A stretch of 64,000 bases of DNA from Octopus sinensis (taxonomy: Eukaryota). Position 1 is the first letter of the stretch, and every line of letters starts with the position of its first letter. The stretch is taken from the NCBI RefSeq assembly GCF_006345805.1, contig NC_043000.1, positions 150,846,001 to 150,910,000 on the forward strand. Direction: 5' to 3'. The notes beneath the pieces are model-generated. The model ran no database searches. It saw only the letters and a list, made by a program, of their open reading frames with translations, and was not told the DNA's origin. Position numbers and translations under genes: made by a program. Below are positions 24,301-36,992 of this stretch, piece by piece.

Positions 24301-24756
24301 GAGTTATGAAAGTGTTTCTTGGACTGCGTTAATCCAACGTGTCCACTCTTTTTATAAAATAGCAGAGTATACTTTTTGGGAGATTTGGCTGCTATTTCTA
24401 CGTACAGGTTTACCTGTTAGCCAGTCCTCACTTTGTTGAACAGGTTCTGGTCTGGATTAAAGCTGCTGCTATATCATATTGTCTTAGACTCTCCAGGTAG
24501 AAATGATTCTGCGATGCTGGTGCCGATAAAATACTTGAGTTGTTGTCATTGTTGTTGCTTAATTCCAGTTTTAGTTCCTTGTTGAGCGATCCTCAGATCA
24601 AATGTGTTCCATCTTGTGCTACAACGTTTCTAGGACTTCATTATGTACGATGGCAAGGTGTAAATTCAGGGAGATTTTACAATTTCCATTGGGTCGAGGG
24701 ACCGCATAGAAGTTTTCTAGGAACGATAGAACGAGAATGAAGATTTGAGATACTCT

Positions 24757-25147
24757 CTCTCTTTTACTCTTTTACTTGTTTCAGTCATTTGACTGCGGCC
24801 ATGCTGGAGCACCGCCTTTAGTCGAGCAAATCGACCCTGGGACTTATTCTTTGTAAGCCCAGTACTTATTCTATCAGTCTCTTTTGCTGAACCGCTAGGT
24901 GACGGGGACATAAACACACCAGCATCGGTTGTCAAGCAATGCTAGGGGGACAAACACAGACACACAAACACATATATATATATACATATATACGACAGGC
25001 TTCTTTCAGTTTCCGTCTACCAAATCCACTCACAAGGCATTGGTCGGCCCGGGGCTATAGCAGAAGACACTTGCCCAAGATGCCACGCAGTGGGACTGAA
25101 CCCGGAACCATGTGGTTGGTTAGCAAGCTACTTACCACACAGCCACA
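24757..25147 (-). mobile_element. Family-A SINE
   Basis: Near-consensus copy. Confidence 0.93.
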
Positions 25148-25224
25148 GATAATACATATGTTTTCCAAAAACATAATTACTGCTTCTCTGCAGTGTTCAT
25201 TATTAATTCTACGTGTTGGTTTCA

Positions 25225-25860
25225 AATTTTGGCATAGGTTCAGAAATTTTTGGGGAGCGGGTAAGTCGATTTCATCGACTCCTGTGTTCGACTGATACTT
25301 CTGTTATCGATCCCGAAAGGATGAAAGGCAAAGTCGACCATTGAACTCAGAATTTGAACTCAGGCAGCGAGCTAGCAGAATCGTTAGCTCGTCTGGCAAA
25401 ATGCTTAGCAGTATTTCGCCCGTCTTTACGTTCTGGGTTCGAATTTTGCTTAGGTCGACTTTGCCTTTCATCCTTTCGAGGGTCGATAAAATAGGTACCT
25501 ATTTCTTTACTACCCACAAGGGGCTAAACACAGAGGGGACAAACAAAGACAGACAAACGGATTAAGTCGATTACATCGACCTCAGTGCGTAACTGATACT
25601 TATTTAATCGACACCGAAAGGATGAAAGGCAAAGTCGACCTCGGCGGAATTTGAACTCACAACGTAACGCAGACGAAATACCGTTAAGCATTTCGCCCGG
25701 CGTGCTAACGTTTCTGCCAGCTCGCCGCCTTTTAAAATAGGTACCTGTAGAGCACTTGGGGTCGATCCAATCCTCGAAATTGCTGGCCTTCCTCGAAATT
25801 GCTGGCCTTCCTCGAAATTGCTGGCATTGTGTCAAAATTTGAAAGCAATAATTAAAACTA
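25225..25860. mobile_element. Cluster of family-B SINE pieces in both orientations
   Basis: GTCGACTTTGCCTTTCATCCTTTCG motif on both strands; triple CCTCGAAATTGCTGGC at 25772-25827. Confidence 0.85.
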
Positions 25861-26299
25861 CCCTCACCCGTTAACAGTAATCATATGAATGTGAACTGGT
25901 AGAATCGTTAGAGCATTTCATTGAGCATAATAATGCCCTGTGTCATTTAGTTATGAACCCTTGGCATTCTGAGTTCACGTCGCGTCGAGATATATTTTGC
26001 CTTTCATCCTTCAGGGCTTGATAAATTAAAGTAACAGCCTAAGCAAACAGGATTGATTTAATCGACTATATTTCTCCATCGCAAATTTGTCGTCTTATGC
26101 GACTAGAAGAAATCAATAATATCATCATAAGCAAATTGATCGGTTCGTATTTATACTTTTAATATTAGTTATTAACCATATGCTCATTGTAAGGATTAGC
26201 TTTCCAAATAGGTAATGTAAGTGATAAACTATTTGTAGACGTAAATTAAGATAAATAATCCTTTATACTTTGTAGGAGTTACTTCCCTTGAAACCTTTT

Positions 26300-26358
26300 T
26301 GAACTCGCTTTTTTTTTTTTTTTTTTCCTTTCCAATAAAACGATAACGCTTAATAACA

Positions 26359-26397
<39 letters not shown>

Positions 26398-26405
26398 ATA
26401 ATAAT

Positions 26406-26437
<32 letters not shown>

Positions 26438-26598
26438 ATACTTGCATGTGTGTATGTACGTGTTAGTGTTAGTGTGTGTGTGTGTGTGTAAGTGTGTGTT
26501 GAGAATAATAAATGCTTGAAAAATCCAATATTTCATACGCAGCAGCCCGATTTTTCTGTTGCATCATATGACATTTATCGTCACTCAAAAAGGGTAAC
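26300..26598 (-). other. Candidate terminal exon of an unidentified minus-strand gene
   Basis: Very strong acceptor TTCTTCCTGCTTTTCTTTTTGTTTTTTTTTTTTCTATTTTGATAG|G; short frames VTLFE* or GYPF*; the lower boundary is a guess. Confidence 0.25.
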
Positions 26599-26642
26599 CT
26601 ATCAAAATAGAAAAAAAAAAACAAAAAGAAAAGCAGGAAGAA

Positions 26643-26996
26643 TTCATCATCATCATCGTCGTCGTCATCATCATCATCACCATCATCACCACCACCATCA
26701 TCATCATCACCATCACCATCATCATCATTACTATTATTATTATTCTTATTATCATTATTATCATTACTATTATTATTATTATTATTATTATTATCACATC
26801 ATTATTATTATATTATTATTATTATTAATTATTATTATTATTATTATTATCATTATTATTATTATTATTATATATTCATTATTATTATTATATTATTATT
26901 ATTATTATTATTATCATTTATTATTATTATTATTATCATTATTATTATTATTATTATATTATCATTATTATGATATTATTATTATTATTATCATTA

Positions 26997-27032
<36 letters not shown>

Positions 27033-27051
27033 CATTATTATTATTATTATT

Positions 27052-27082
<31 letters not shown>

Positions 27083-27130
27083 TATATCATTATTATTATA
27101 TTATTATTATGCTTATAATATTATTATATG

Positions 27131-27173
<43 letters not shown>

Positions 27174-27175
27174 TA

Positions 27176-27215
<40 letters not shown>

Positions 27216-27498
27216 CATTATTATTATTATTATTATATCATTACATTATTATTATTATTATATTATTATTATTATCATTATTATTATTATTATTACTATT
27301 ACTATTACTATTACTATTACTATTATTATTATTATATTTTATCATTTTATTATTATTATTATATTATTATATTATTATTATTTCATTATTATTATTATTA
27401 TTATTATCATTATTTATTATTATTATTATATTATTATTATCATTATTATTATTATTATTATTATTATATCATTATTATTATTATTACTATTATCATTA

Positions 27499-27529
<31 letters not shown>

Positions 27530-27577
27530 TATTATTATTATATTATCATTATATTATTTTATTATTATTATTATTAT
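26643..27577. repeat. Giant degenerate (CAT)n-(ATT)n array, about 930 bp
   Basis: Directly visible; poly-I, poly-L and poly-Y ORFs are artefacts. Confidence 0.97.
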
Positions 27578-28142
27578 CCTCCTAATAAAAATACAAAATC
27601 ATATTAATTTTCTATTATGTACCGATTCCGTTTTCGATACAAGCTTTACACACACACACACCACACACACACACACACACACACTATATTGCAAACTTCA
27701 AAGAAATCAGTAATATTGCTACTGATTTGCAGAAAAAAAAAAAGGAAGAAACTGCTGCCAATATTGGCAAGCTGTATGTGTCAGGCATTGCTATGTAGGC
27801 TTGTGTTGGTAATTCAAAATGCAACAGTATTTTAAAAGAAGAATATTTTCTCTCTCTCTCTTTCTCTCTCTTTCTCTGTCTCTTTCCTCAACTCTGATCG
27901 CTTGTAGGTTTATTAAAGCGAACGTATGTAAATTAATTTGCAACTTATTCACAAAGACATTGTTACAGTAAATTAAGTGAAATGATACGCGGCACCAACG
28001 ACTGTATTGATATGCAAAAAGAAAGTGCTTGTCACTCATTGCCGTTTCCATTAGTGATCGTTAGCCTCTCTCTCCATCTCTCTCCCCCTCTCTCTCCTTC
28101 TGCATGTGCGTGCGCACGCGTGCGTAGACTAGACAGAATAAA

Positions 28143-28186
28143 CACACCTGATGAGCCGGCAATAACCGGGTGAAACTCGTCCGTTC
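28143..28186 (+). ncRNA. Degenerate hammerhead-like motif
   Basis: CTGATGA(28148)-GCCGG-CAATAA-CCGGGT-GAAAC-TC-GTC; core intact but stem I does not pair. Confidence 0.35.
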
Positions 28187-28244
28187 TCCACTCACATTTG
28201 TATATGCAAGCATGCATGCATGCATATACGTATGTTTGTACATT

Positions 28245-28245
28245 C

Positions 28246-28301
<56 letters not shown>

Positions 28302-28308
28302 GTCTGGC

Positions 28309-28345
<37 letters not shown>

Positions 28346-28407
28346 GTCTGTCTGTCTATCTATCTATCTACCTACCTACCTACCTACCTACCTACCTACC
28401 TACCTAC

Positions 28408-28441
<34 letters not shown>

Positions 28442-28499
28442 ACCTACCTACCTACCTACTACCTACCTACCTATCTACCTACCTACCTACCTATCTATC

Positions 28500-28539
<40 letters not shown>

Positions 28540-28561
28540 CTATCTATCTATCTATCTATCT

Positions 28562-28594
<33 letters not shown>

Positions 28595-28596
28595 TA

Positions 28597-28646
<50 letters not shown>
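28245..28646. repeat. Compound (TCTA)(TCTG)(CCTA)(TA)n microsatellite
   Basis: Directly visible. Confidence 0.95.
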
Positions 28647-28651
<5 letters not shown>

Positions 28652-28664
28652 TCATATGCATATA

Positions 28665-29135
28665 CATGGTCTGATCAATAAAGCATCCGGACTGTTGCTA
28701 TAGTAACGATGATGAAGCCACGCAGAGTAAAGCTGCTGGGTACAGATTGACCTTGAACTCTGCTGTGTATGCACACTAACCTTTAATGGTCTAACTCATC
28801 GCGATATTTTTCTCAGTTCTGCTGGTTGCGGGTTTTCCAGAATGTTCGTCACTACCGACATTTTATCGACCATCTTAGAAACTTCTGAACCACTTGTACA
28901 CTTGTGTGCGACTCATACACTCCTCTCCATACACTTTCTGTAACTTTGCGTAAGCCTCTGAGCAGGTATCGCCATGACGACTTTGTCATGGTCAATGCGA
29001 CGATCACACGCTACACACCTTCCTTCCAAGCACTGCTGTATACAGCGGAAGCGAGCTAGAACGTTAAAACTTAGTGTGCATACACAGCAGAGTTGAAGGT
29101 CAATCTTTGTCAAGCGGCTTCACATTAGCAGAGCA
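28665..29135 (-). mobile_element. Non-autonomous mariner derivative (transposase N-terminus)
   Basis: End GGTCTGATCAATAA; minus strand KLQKVYGEECMSRTQVYKWFRSF; same family as 39775-40630. Confidence 0.85.
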
Positions 29136-29338
29136 GCTGACCTCTACCCGGTACATACTTTTTCTTGTCAGTCCCTAACGATGATATCCGTCTAGTTATG
29201 TAGTTATGTTTGCACTTAGAAATTTTGATGGGTATGTTTCACCAATAGTCCTTGGGTCGATGTTTATATATGTATTCAATAATTAGGGAATTTTCTATAT
29301 TTATCCCAGAATAGTCTTTTTTTTCGGATGATATTGTA

Positions 29339-29875
29339 CAGGGTGGTCCGAAAGTCTTGTTACCCACCTACCAAAAAGTAATGAGAACAATAGAAGAACA
29401 AGTAATGCAATAATCCAAAGTACGAACTGGATTTAGTTTATTCACTTTCATTGAGGCTGTCACACATCGAGAAGGTCTATATGAAAGCCAGCGTTTTCGT
29501 GGCACAAAATGATGTCCTGTGTGATATTTTTCGAAGCTGTGCTTTGGTGGCTGTTGCAAAGGCTCTCCGAACGGCGTCCTTCAACTAATGGGTATTCTGG
29601 TATCGTTAATGTGAAACTCTCTCCTTGATAATATCCCAAAGAGCATTAACGCAAGATGTGAAGTCTAAACTTCAGGGAGGCCAATCGACAGGTGCTGGAA
29701 GTTATCATGATCCTCGCCCTATCCATCTATCCCTAAAAACTTTATTTAGGTACTCCTTGACAGTGGTATCATAGTGGGCTGGGGCACATATTATATTACT
29801 AAAACAAAAAAATAATGATAATAATGACAATAATAAACAATATATAGGGGGCAACAAGACTTTCAGATCACCCTG
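29339..29875 (-). mobile_element. Internally deleted Tc1/mariner element
   Basis: TIRs CAGGGTGGTCCGAAAGTCTTGTTACCC and GGGGCAACAAGACTTTCAGATCACCCTG, TA on the left; minus strand APAHYDTTVKEYLNKVFRDRWIGRG..DWPP*SLD..LWDIIK. Confidence 0.85.
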
Positions 29876-30145
29876 TGTATTGTTTTCGCGACAACGTCGT
29901 GTCGCATTGGAAGGTAGTACCTTATGATATTTTAGGACAGTTCATGATCACATGCATAATACTTTCCAGAAATGTGACATAATTGACATTTTCAGTTGCG
30001 TCTCGGGATTCCAAGGGCTTCACTGTTTCTTTGTTGGTATTTTGTAGCAATGTGTCTTGCTCTTGGCTTTCAAACACATAGACTTCAAAGTGTGATATAA
30101 TGTAGCGGTCGAGTCCAAGGGAGCCTGCACTTCAAGTCGTCGAGA

Positions 30146-30386
<241 letters not shown>

Positions 30387-30957
30387 TTAGCTATCTACCT
30401 AGATAGATAGATATCGATCGGGCCTCCGAAGAAATTTTGCAAATCAGAATTAGACTGACTTCGAGACCCTGGGCAGGAGGTTCCCATCAAAACTGAGGAC
30501 TGACGGTCCAATTAGGAGTTTAAATTCTCAATCAAGTCTTTTCAATCATAGTATTGCATGAAATTTTAAGCATATTGGTCACCGTTCTTTTTTCTCTTGT
30601 TTCTTCTTTTACTTGTTCCATTCATTAGACTGCGGTCAAGCTGGGGCACCGCGTTGAAGAATTTTTAATGAATCAACTCCAGTATTTAATTGTTTTAAAG
30701 CCTGTTACTTATTCTATCGGTTTTTTGCTGAACCGCTACGTTACGGACACGTAAACACTCCAACACCGGTTGTCAAGTTTCCGTCCATCAAATCCATTCA
30801 CAAGGCTTTGGTCGGACCGAAGCTATAGCAGAAGACGCTTGTCCAAGGTGCCATGCAATGGGACTGAAACCTGAACCATGTGGTTGGAAAGCAAGCTTCT
30901 TACCGCACGGCCACACATGCACTTGCGTTCTTTATACCAACAGGAAAAAAATGTAAA

Positions 30958-31347
30958 TCTCTCTATATATAAAGCTGAAGTTGTCTGTGTATGGCAGGTT
31001 TGGTAGCCTTCAACTAACACTATCTCCTCCGAGACCTTGTGGCGTAAGTTGACCAAAATTGAGAGTATGATAGAAGAAGGCTTGCTCTTCCTTCCGTAGA
31101 AGAAAAAATTCAAATCGGACCATGTTAAGGCCAAAAGTTATTTACATCAAAAAGGTGCTTTTTTTCTATGAAAATCCCTATTTTTTACGATTTTTTGACT
31201 GCTGTGTCGCCATTTTTCGATGAATTTCAACCAGAAAAATGTTCACTTAAAGAGAATAACAAGCTACATAATGCAAAAGTTTTACTTTTCAAACGTTCCA
31301 GGGTCGAAAAGAAAGCAAACCCGAGCAACGCCGGGCTATACTGCTAG
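30958..31347 (+). mobile_element. Non-autonomous Helitron
   Basis: A|TC start, subterminal hairpin CCCGAGCAACGCCGGG, CTAG|T end, no TSD. Confidence 0.88.
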
Positions 31348-31527
31348 TGATATAATATGAAGAAAGTTGACAGCCTTCAGCATTTGGATGATAAAAACAT
31401 AATTGAACATGATGGTTAATCTAAAGGTTTCTGAACAATGACCACCGGCAATCTCTCATAAATGTTTTATTCTTTATGCACCGTAATGAGTAGATAGCAA
31501 TATATTTTATAGAAAGGAACGATAAAC

Positions 31528-31900
31528 TCAAGCAACTAATAGATCGAGCTTTACTGGCTTTTTTATTTGCAAATTTCTAAAAACATTATCAAAATCAATT
31601 TCTCTGCCAATGCTCGATTCGATAATCAGTCTTGAGAAATCAATAAGTCGAGGTTGAGATATATCAGACCTTAAAAAGTTTTTGATATGTTTGAGTTTGC
31701 TAAAAGATCTTTCCACCCATGTTACAGCAGCTGATATTGTCGACAATATTGTCAAACGATCACAAACATTAGGAAACATCTCCCAATGTTTGTAGTCAAT
31801 AAATTAAGTTCTGGATTTTCAAAACTTGCGACGTAAATGTTGCATTTCTGTTGTAAAATCTCTATTGTTAAACTCAGTGTGATATTTTTTCGCTTAGTTT
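31528..31900 (-). pseudogene. hAT transposase C-terminal dimerisation-domain relic
   Basis: FPNV..ILSTISAAVTWVERSFSKLKHIKNFLRSDISQPRL...IESSIGREIDFDNV. Confidence 0.85.
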
Positions 31901-32194
31901 TCTAGTATACACTTTTAGAAGAGGAAGATTAAAATTGTCAAACCATTCACTTAGCAAAATTATCACGGGAATTTTAATTGAGCAAAAACACCAATCAAAA
32001 CATAAAAAGCAAATTTTCTCAAGTAAGCTTTTTCTGATGACTTTAGTATTTCCTTCTAGCTGTTGCATAAAGCCAAACTAGGTTATATATATTTTTACAA
32101 GATACCTTCCAATGCGACACGATGGTTGTCTCGAAAATGTCATCCGAAAAAAAAAAAAAATTGACTGTTCTGGGATAAATATACTTTTCTATTC

Positions 32195-32605
32195 TAGGCA
32201 CAAGGCCCGAAATTTTTGGGGAGGGGCCAGACGATTAGATCGACTCCAGTATGCAATTGGTACTTAATTTATCGACCCCGAAAGGATGATAGGCAAAGTC
32301 GCCCTCGGCAGAATTTGAACTCAGAACGTAAAGACAAACTAAATACTGCTAAACATTTCACCTGGCATGCTAACGTTTCTTATTTCTTTACTGCCCACAA
32401 GGGGCTAAACATAGAGGGGACAAACAAGGACAGACAAACGGATTAAGTCGATTATATCGACCCCAGTGCGTAACTGGTACTTATTTAATCAACCCCGAAA
32501 GGATGATAGGCAAAGTCGTCCTCGGCGGAATTTGAACGTAAAGACAGACTAAATACCGCTAAACATTTTGCCCGGCGTGCTAACGTTTCTGCCAGCTCAC
32601 CACCT
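32195..32605 (-). mobile_element. Family-B SINE, two to three tandem units
   Basis: Repeated ATCGACCCCGAAAGGATGATAGGCAAAGTCG..GGCGGAATTTGAAC. Confidence 0.9.
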
Positions 32606-33198
32606 TTGTCGTGGGATAAATATAGAAAATTCCCTTATTATTCAATTTGGGGTTCATGCTTGTGAATCGCGAAAGAACTGAATTTTGTTGTTCATTAGCA
32701 TTTGCTCAAAGTTCTAAAGACTTTCGTTAGCTGTTAGTGTAGTAGGAATTATGCTGCAAAAGAATTTTAATCTCTTTAAACGCTTTGTGGAAAAATAACT
32801 CACACCCAAACACATTAAGTTTTCTGACGATTATATCGTGATTCATAAGTGAGAATGCGTATTTTGATTTTTTAAAAGTCTACCAAAGCAATAACATTCC
32901 TAATTAGACTCATGCTTTTTTTTTTTCGATGTAGCTCAACCTCTGCTAAGTGCATTCCTACTCTGTAAATTGTTAGATAAATTTCGTGACCCACCAATTG
33001 AGACTACAGAATTATGCTGTTTGTACTCTATAATTGATTTCAAATTTTACGCTTTTGTATTTTGTGAACTGACATTCGTAAATTTCTTTGAAATTAAATT
33101 TGTGTTTACTCAGTTATTAACATTCTTTCTATGTTTTAAAGATTTCTCACGATCAGTTAAATATTTACACATGTCTATCAGTAAAGAGTTAAAAATAA

Positions 33199-33599
33199 TC
33201 TTTATATATAAAAGTGAAGTTGTGTGAGTGTCTGTCTCCTACGATTTAGATTCCTAACTACTCCCACATTTTGCGGTGCAGTTTAACCAAAACCGGGTAT
33301 CTTATAGTTGTGATTCATATCGAGCCCTTCTGGGTATTAGCGCGCGTCTACGATGAGTCTACGATTTAAAAAAAATTTACCATTAATTTTTCCCATTTTT
33401 AATGCATTTTTGGCATATATAAGGGAAGTAACTCTCTAAAAATTTATTATTAAATCTCAGAACGTAAAAAGCTAAAGTAACACGCCCCCCCCCCTTTGTG
33501 GTTAGCCATATTGAGATGGCTATTATACTTTACATCTCTAAAAATGCTTATATAGTTATTTCCCTTACAAACCCGAGCAACGCCGGGCGATACTGCTAG
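33199..33599 (+). mobile_element. Non-autonomous Helitron, second subfamily
   Basis: A|TCTTTATATATAAAAGTGAAGTTGT..AAACCCGAGCAACGCCGGGCGATACTGCTAG|T. Confidence 0.9.
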
Positions 33600-34267
33600 T
33601 TGTATATATAGTATTACTCTTCCTCCGAATAAACCATTCGAAATGACTTTTTTTCAATATTTGTTATATTTTCTTCCGTCCTTAGTAATCTACATTTCTC
33701 ATTATGAAGGACTGTTAATAAGGTTAGGTAAAATTTTCGAAAAGGGATACACCTATTGCTATTAGTAGATATATTTCTTTTATCTAATTAATGCACAGAA
33801 TTCAGCGAACATCAACAGGTAGCTCTTTTAAGAATCAAATAAATGGAATAAACATCACAAAAAATATCTTTTCATCTTTTTTTCAAATCAAGCTGCAAAT
33901 TAAAGAAGGCAGTATCAATCCTATATGTGTGTGTATGTGTGTGTGTGCGCGCGCACACACACATATTGTATACATTTTAAAATTTATTTATTCATTTATT
34001 TACACATATATACATATACTCTTTTACTCCCTTTTACTCTTTTACTTGTTTCAGTCATTTGACTGCGGCCATGCTGGAGTACCGCCTTTAGTCGAGCAAA
34101 TCGACCCCGGCACTTATTCTTTGTAAGCCCAGTACTTATTCTATCGGTCTCTTTTGCCGAACCGCTAAGTGACAGGGACGTAAACACACCAGCATCGGTT
34201 GTCAAGCAATGCTAGGGAGACAAACACAGACTCACAAACACATACACACACATACATATATATATAT

Positions 34268-34992
34268 AATTTTTAATTCCATTTATTCCATTTCTCCGTT
34301 CATAGTTTTGAGTGATGTCCGTTTTCTAGAGCGTGAATGTGGGTTGTATGTGTGTGTGTGTGGGAGTATGAATAAGTATTGTGTTGAAGTATTTAGCTAT
34401 TTTATTTATTTATAGTTGCCTAGACATTTTTATGTGTATGTATAGGGATATATATATAGGTGTGTGATTTAGTGTATGTAGTTAGATATGGTATATATAA
34501 TTAGGTATATGTGTATGGGTGTATATATAGTTTATTATATTATTATTATTTTTTTTGTTTTGTTTTATATTTTATATTTTATATTTTATATTTTATATTT
34601 TATATTAATTGTTGATAGGTTTTTTTAGTTTATATATTGTTTATATATTGATTATATATGGATTATAGATAGGTTATATATGGATTATATACTTATATTT
34701 TTTCATTCATACTTTAATTATTTTAAAATTATTATTTTTATATTTTAAAATATTGATTTTTTAGATTGGAAGTCCACCTGAAGATTGTCGATCAAGACAA
34801 GAAACGATTGTAGTGGCGGTTTTTTTGACTATTTATTAAAATTTTATGTATGATTAAGTCTTTCCTTGTTTGTTTTGCAAAATAGTGGTTTTGTCTCTAA
34901 TAATATTTTATAATATTTTACTATAAAATCGATTTAATCCTAAATCTGATTTTTTCCCTGTAAATTTGGATTTATTCCCTAATATTATTATT
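34268..34992 (+). mobile_element. Penelope-like non-coding element inserted in (TA)n
   Basis: Contains an HHR; 3' ~110 bp (AATAGTGGTTTTGTCTCTAAT..GGATTTATTCCCTAATATT) homologous to about 14265-14372. Confidence 0.7.
34774..34816 (+). ncRNA. Minimal type I hammerhead ribozyme
   Basis: CCAC-CTGAAGA-TTGTC-GATCAA-GACAA-GAAAC-GATT-GTA-GTGG; perfect stems I and II, intact core, GUA cleavage triplet at 34810-34812. Confidence 0.82.
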
Positions 34993-34993
34993 T

Positions 34994-35045
<52 letters not shown>

Positions 35046-35711
35046 ATATATATACATATATACGACAGGCTCTTTCAGTTTCCGTCTACCAAATCCACTC
35101 ACAAGGCATTGGTCGGCCCGAGGCTATAGCAGAAGACACTTGCCCAAGGTGCCAAGCAGTGGGACTGAACCCGGAACCATGTGGTTGGTAAACAAGCTAC
35201 TTACCACACAGCCACTCCTGCGCCTATTGTATACATTTTAAAATTTATTTATTCATTTATTTACATATATACACTTATTTACATATATTTACATACATAG
35301 GTGCAGACGTCGCTGCGTGGTAAGAAGGTTGCTTCTCAACCACAAGGTTGTGGGTTCAGTCCCACTGCGTGGCACCTTGCTAGTGGTGATGGTGGTGGTG
35401 TGCAAACACAGGCACAAAGACACCCCCTCCCCACACACATCTGTGTATACATATGTACACACACATCCGTTCATATATACACACGCATATTTTTATACAC
35501 ATCGACGCATGTGCATACGTTTACATGTGTGTGTATGTGTGTGAGTGTGTATGTGTGTGTGAGTATGTGTGCACGCGCGAGTGTGTGTGTGTGTGTGTGT
35601 ATGTATGAATGTACTTATCTTTTAGTTGGAAAAACGAATAAGGGTTTGTTCAGAAAAGGCAAGAAGAAGGAAACGGACTAAAATGAACGAAAGAGAAAAA
35701 AGATCTAACAC

Positions 35712-35754
<43 letters not shown>

Positions 35755-35849
35755 CACACACACACACACACCACACACACACACACACACTCACACACAC
35801 GTTGCATGAACGATATTTGAGATCAAAAGTGTGTGTGTTATATAATTAT

Positions 35850-36455
35850 ATAGGCGCAGGAGTGGCTGTGTGGTAAGTAGCTTGCTAACCAACTACATGG
35901 TTCCGGGTTCAGTCCCACTGCGTGGCATCTTGGGCAAGTGTCTTCTGCTATAGCCCCGGGCCGACCAATGCCTTGTGAGTGGATTTGGTAGACGGAAACT
36001 GAAAGAAGCCCGTCGTATATATGTATATATATATATGTATTTGTGTGTGTATATGTTTGTGTGTCTGTGTTTGTCCCCCCAACATCGCTTGACAACCGAT
36101 GCTGGTGTGTTTACGTCCCCGTCACTTAGCGGTTCGGCAAAAGAGACCGATAGAATAAGTACTGGGCTTACAAAGAATAAGTCCCGGGGTCGATTTAGTT
36201 AGTTAGTTAGTTAATTTGGCTCAAAAGCAAATAGCAAGGCCATGTAGGGGGACATGGAGTTATGTACAGGGTGGTGTTCATGTAAAGAGTTCAGGCCACT
36301 TGAGGTCCAGGGAGGCTTTGAACAAAGCGGTCGTCGGCATCTTCACCATCTCGTCTGGCAGCTTGTTCCACGGATCGACTAAAGGCGGTGCTCCAGCATG
36401 GCCTCAGTCAAATGACTGAAACAAGTAAAAGAGTAAATGAGTAAAGAGTAAAGAG
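35850..36455 (+). mobile_element. Family-A SINE with a nested CR1 fragment
   Basis: SINE is interrupted at GGGGTCGAT|..|ATCGACTAAAGG. Confidence 0.9.
36195..36373 (-). mobile_element. 5'-truncated CR1-type LINE 3' end
   Basis: Minus strand WNKLPDEMVKMPTTALFKASLDLKWPELFT* and (TAAC)n tail; second copy at 61004-61181. Confidence 0.8.
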
Positions 36456-36650
36456 TATATGAGTATGAAATTATCGAAATAGATATTATTTACGATTAAG
36501 ATTTGCACAACGACTTTAGCGCAAAATCTTTCACTACAGTTCGCTTGCATTGAGCATTTCAGAGTCACTTAACCCCGCTTCTTTTTTTATTATTTCTTTC
36601 AGTTTCTCTCTGCCAGCCTGATCGATCTGAAACATATTCAATTTTATTAT

Positions 36651-36694
<44 letters not shown>

Positions 36695-36698
<4 letters not shown>

Positions 36699-36911
36699 AC
36701 TCTTTTACTTGTTTCAGTCATTTGACTGCGGCCATGCTGGAGCACCGCCTTTAGTCGAGCAATTCGACCCCGGGACTTATTCTTTGTAAGCCCAGTACTT
36801 ATTCTATCGGTCTTTTTGCCGAACCGCTAAGTGACGGGGACGTAAACACACCAGCATCGGTTGTCAAGCAATGCTAGGGGTACGAACACAGACACACAAA
36901 CACACACACAT

Positions 36912-36964
<53 letters not shown>

Positions 36965-36992
36965 TACGACAGGCTTCTTTCAGTTTCCGTCT
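36695..36992 (-). mobile_element. Family-A SINE, 5'-truncated
   Basis: Matches the 3' two-thirds of family A. Confidence 0.9.

Larger units (their letters stand above)
34016..35228 (-). mobile_element. Family-A SINE split by a ~720-bp insertion
   Basis: Halves at about 34016-34265 and 35040-35228 flank the insert at the internal (TA)n. Confidence 0.9.
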
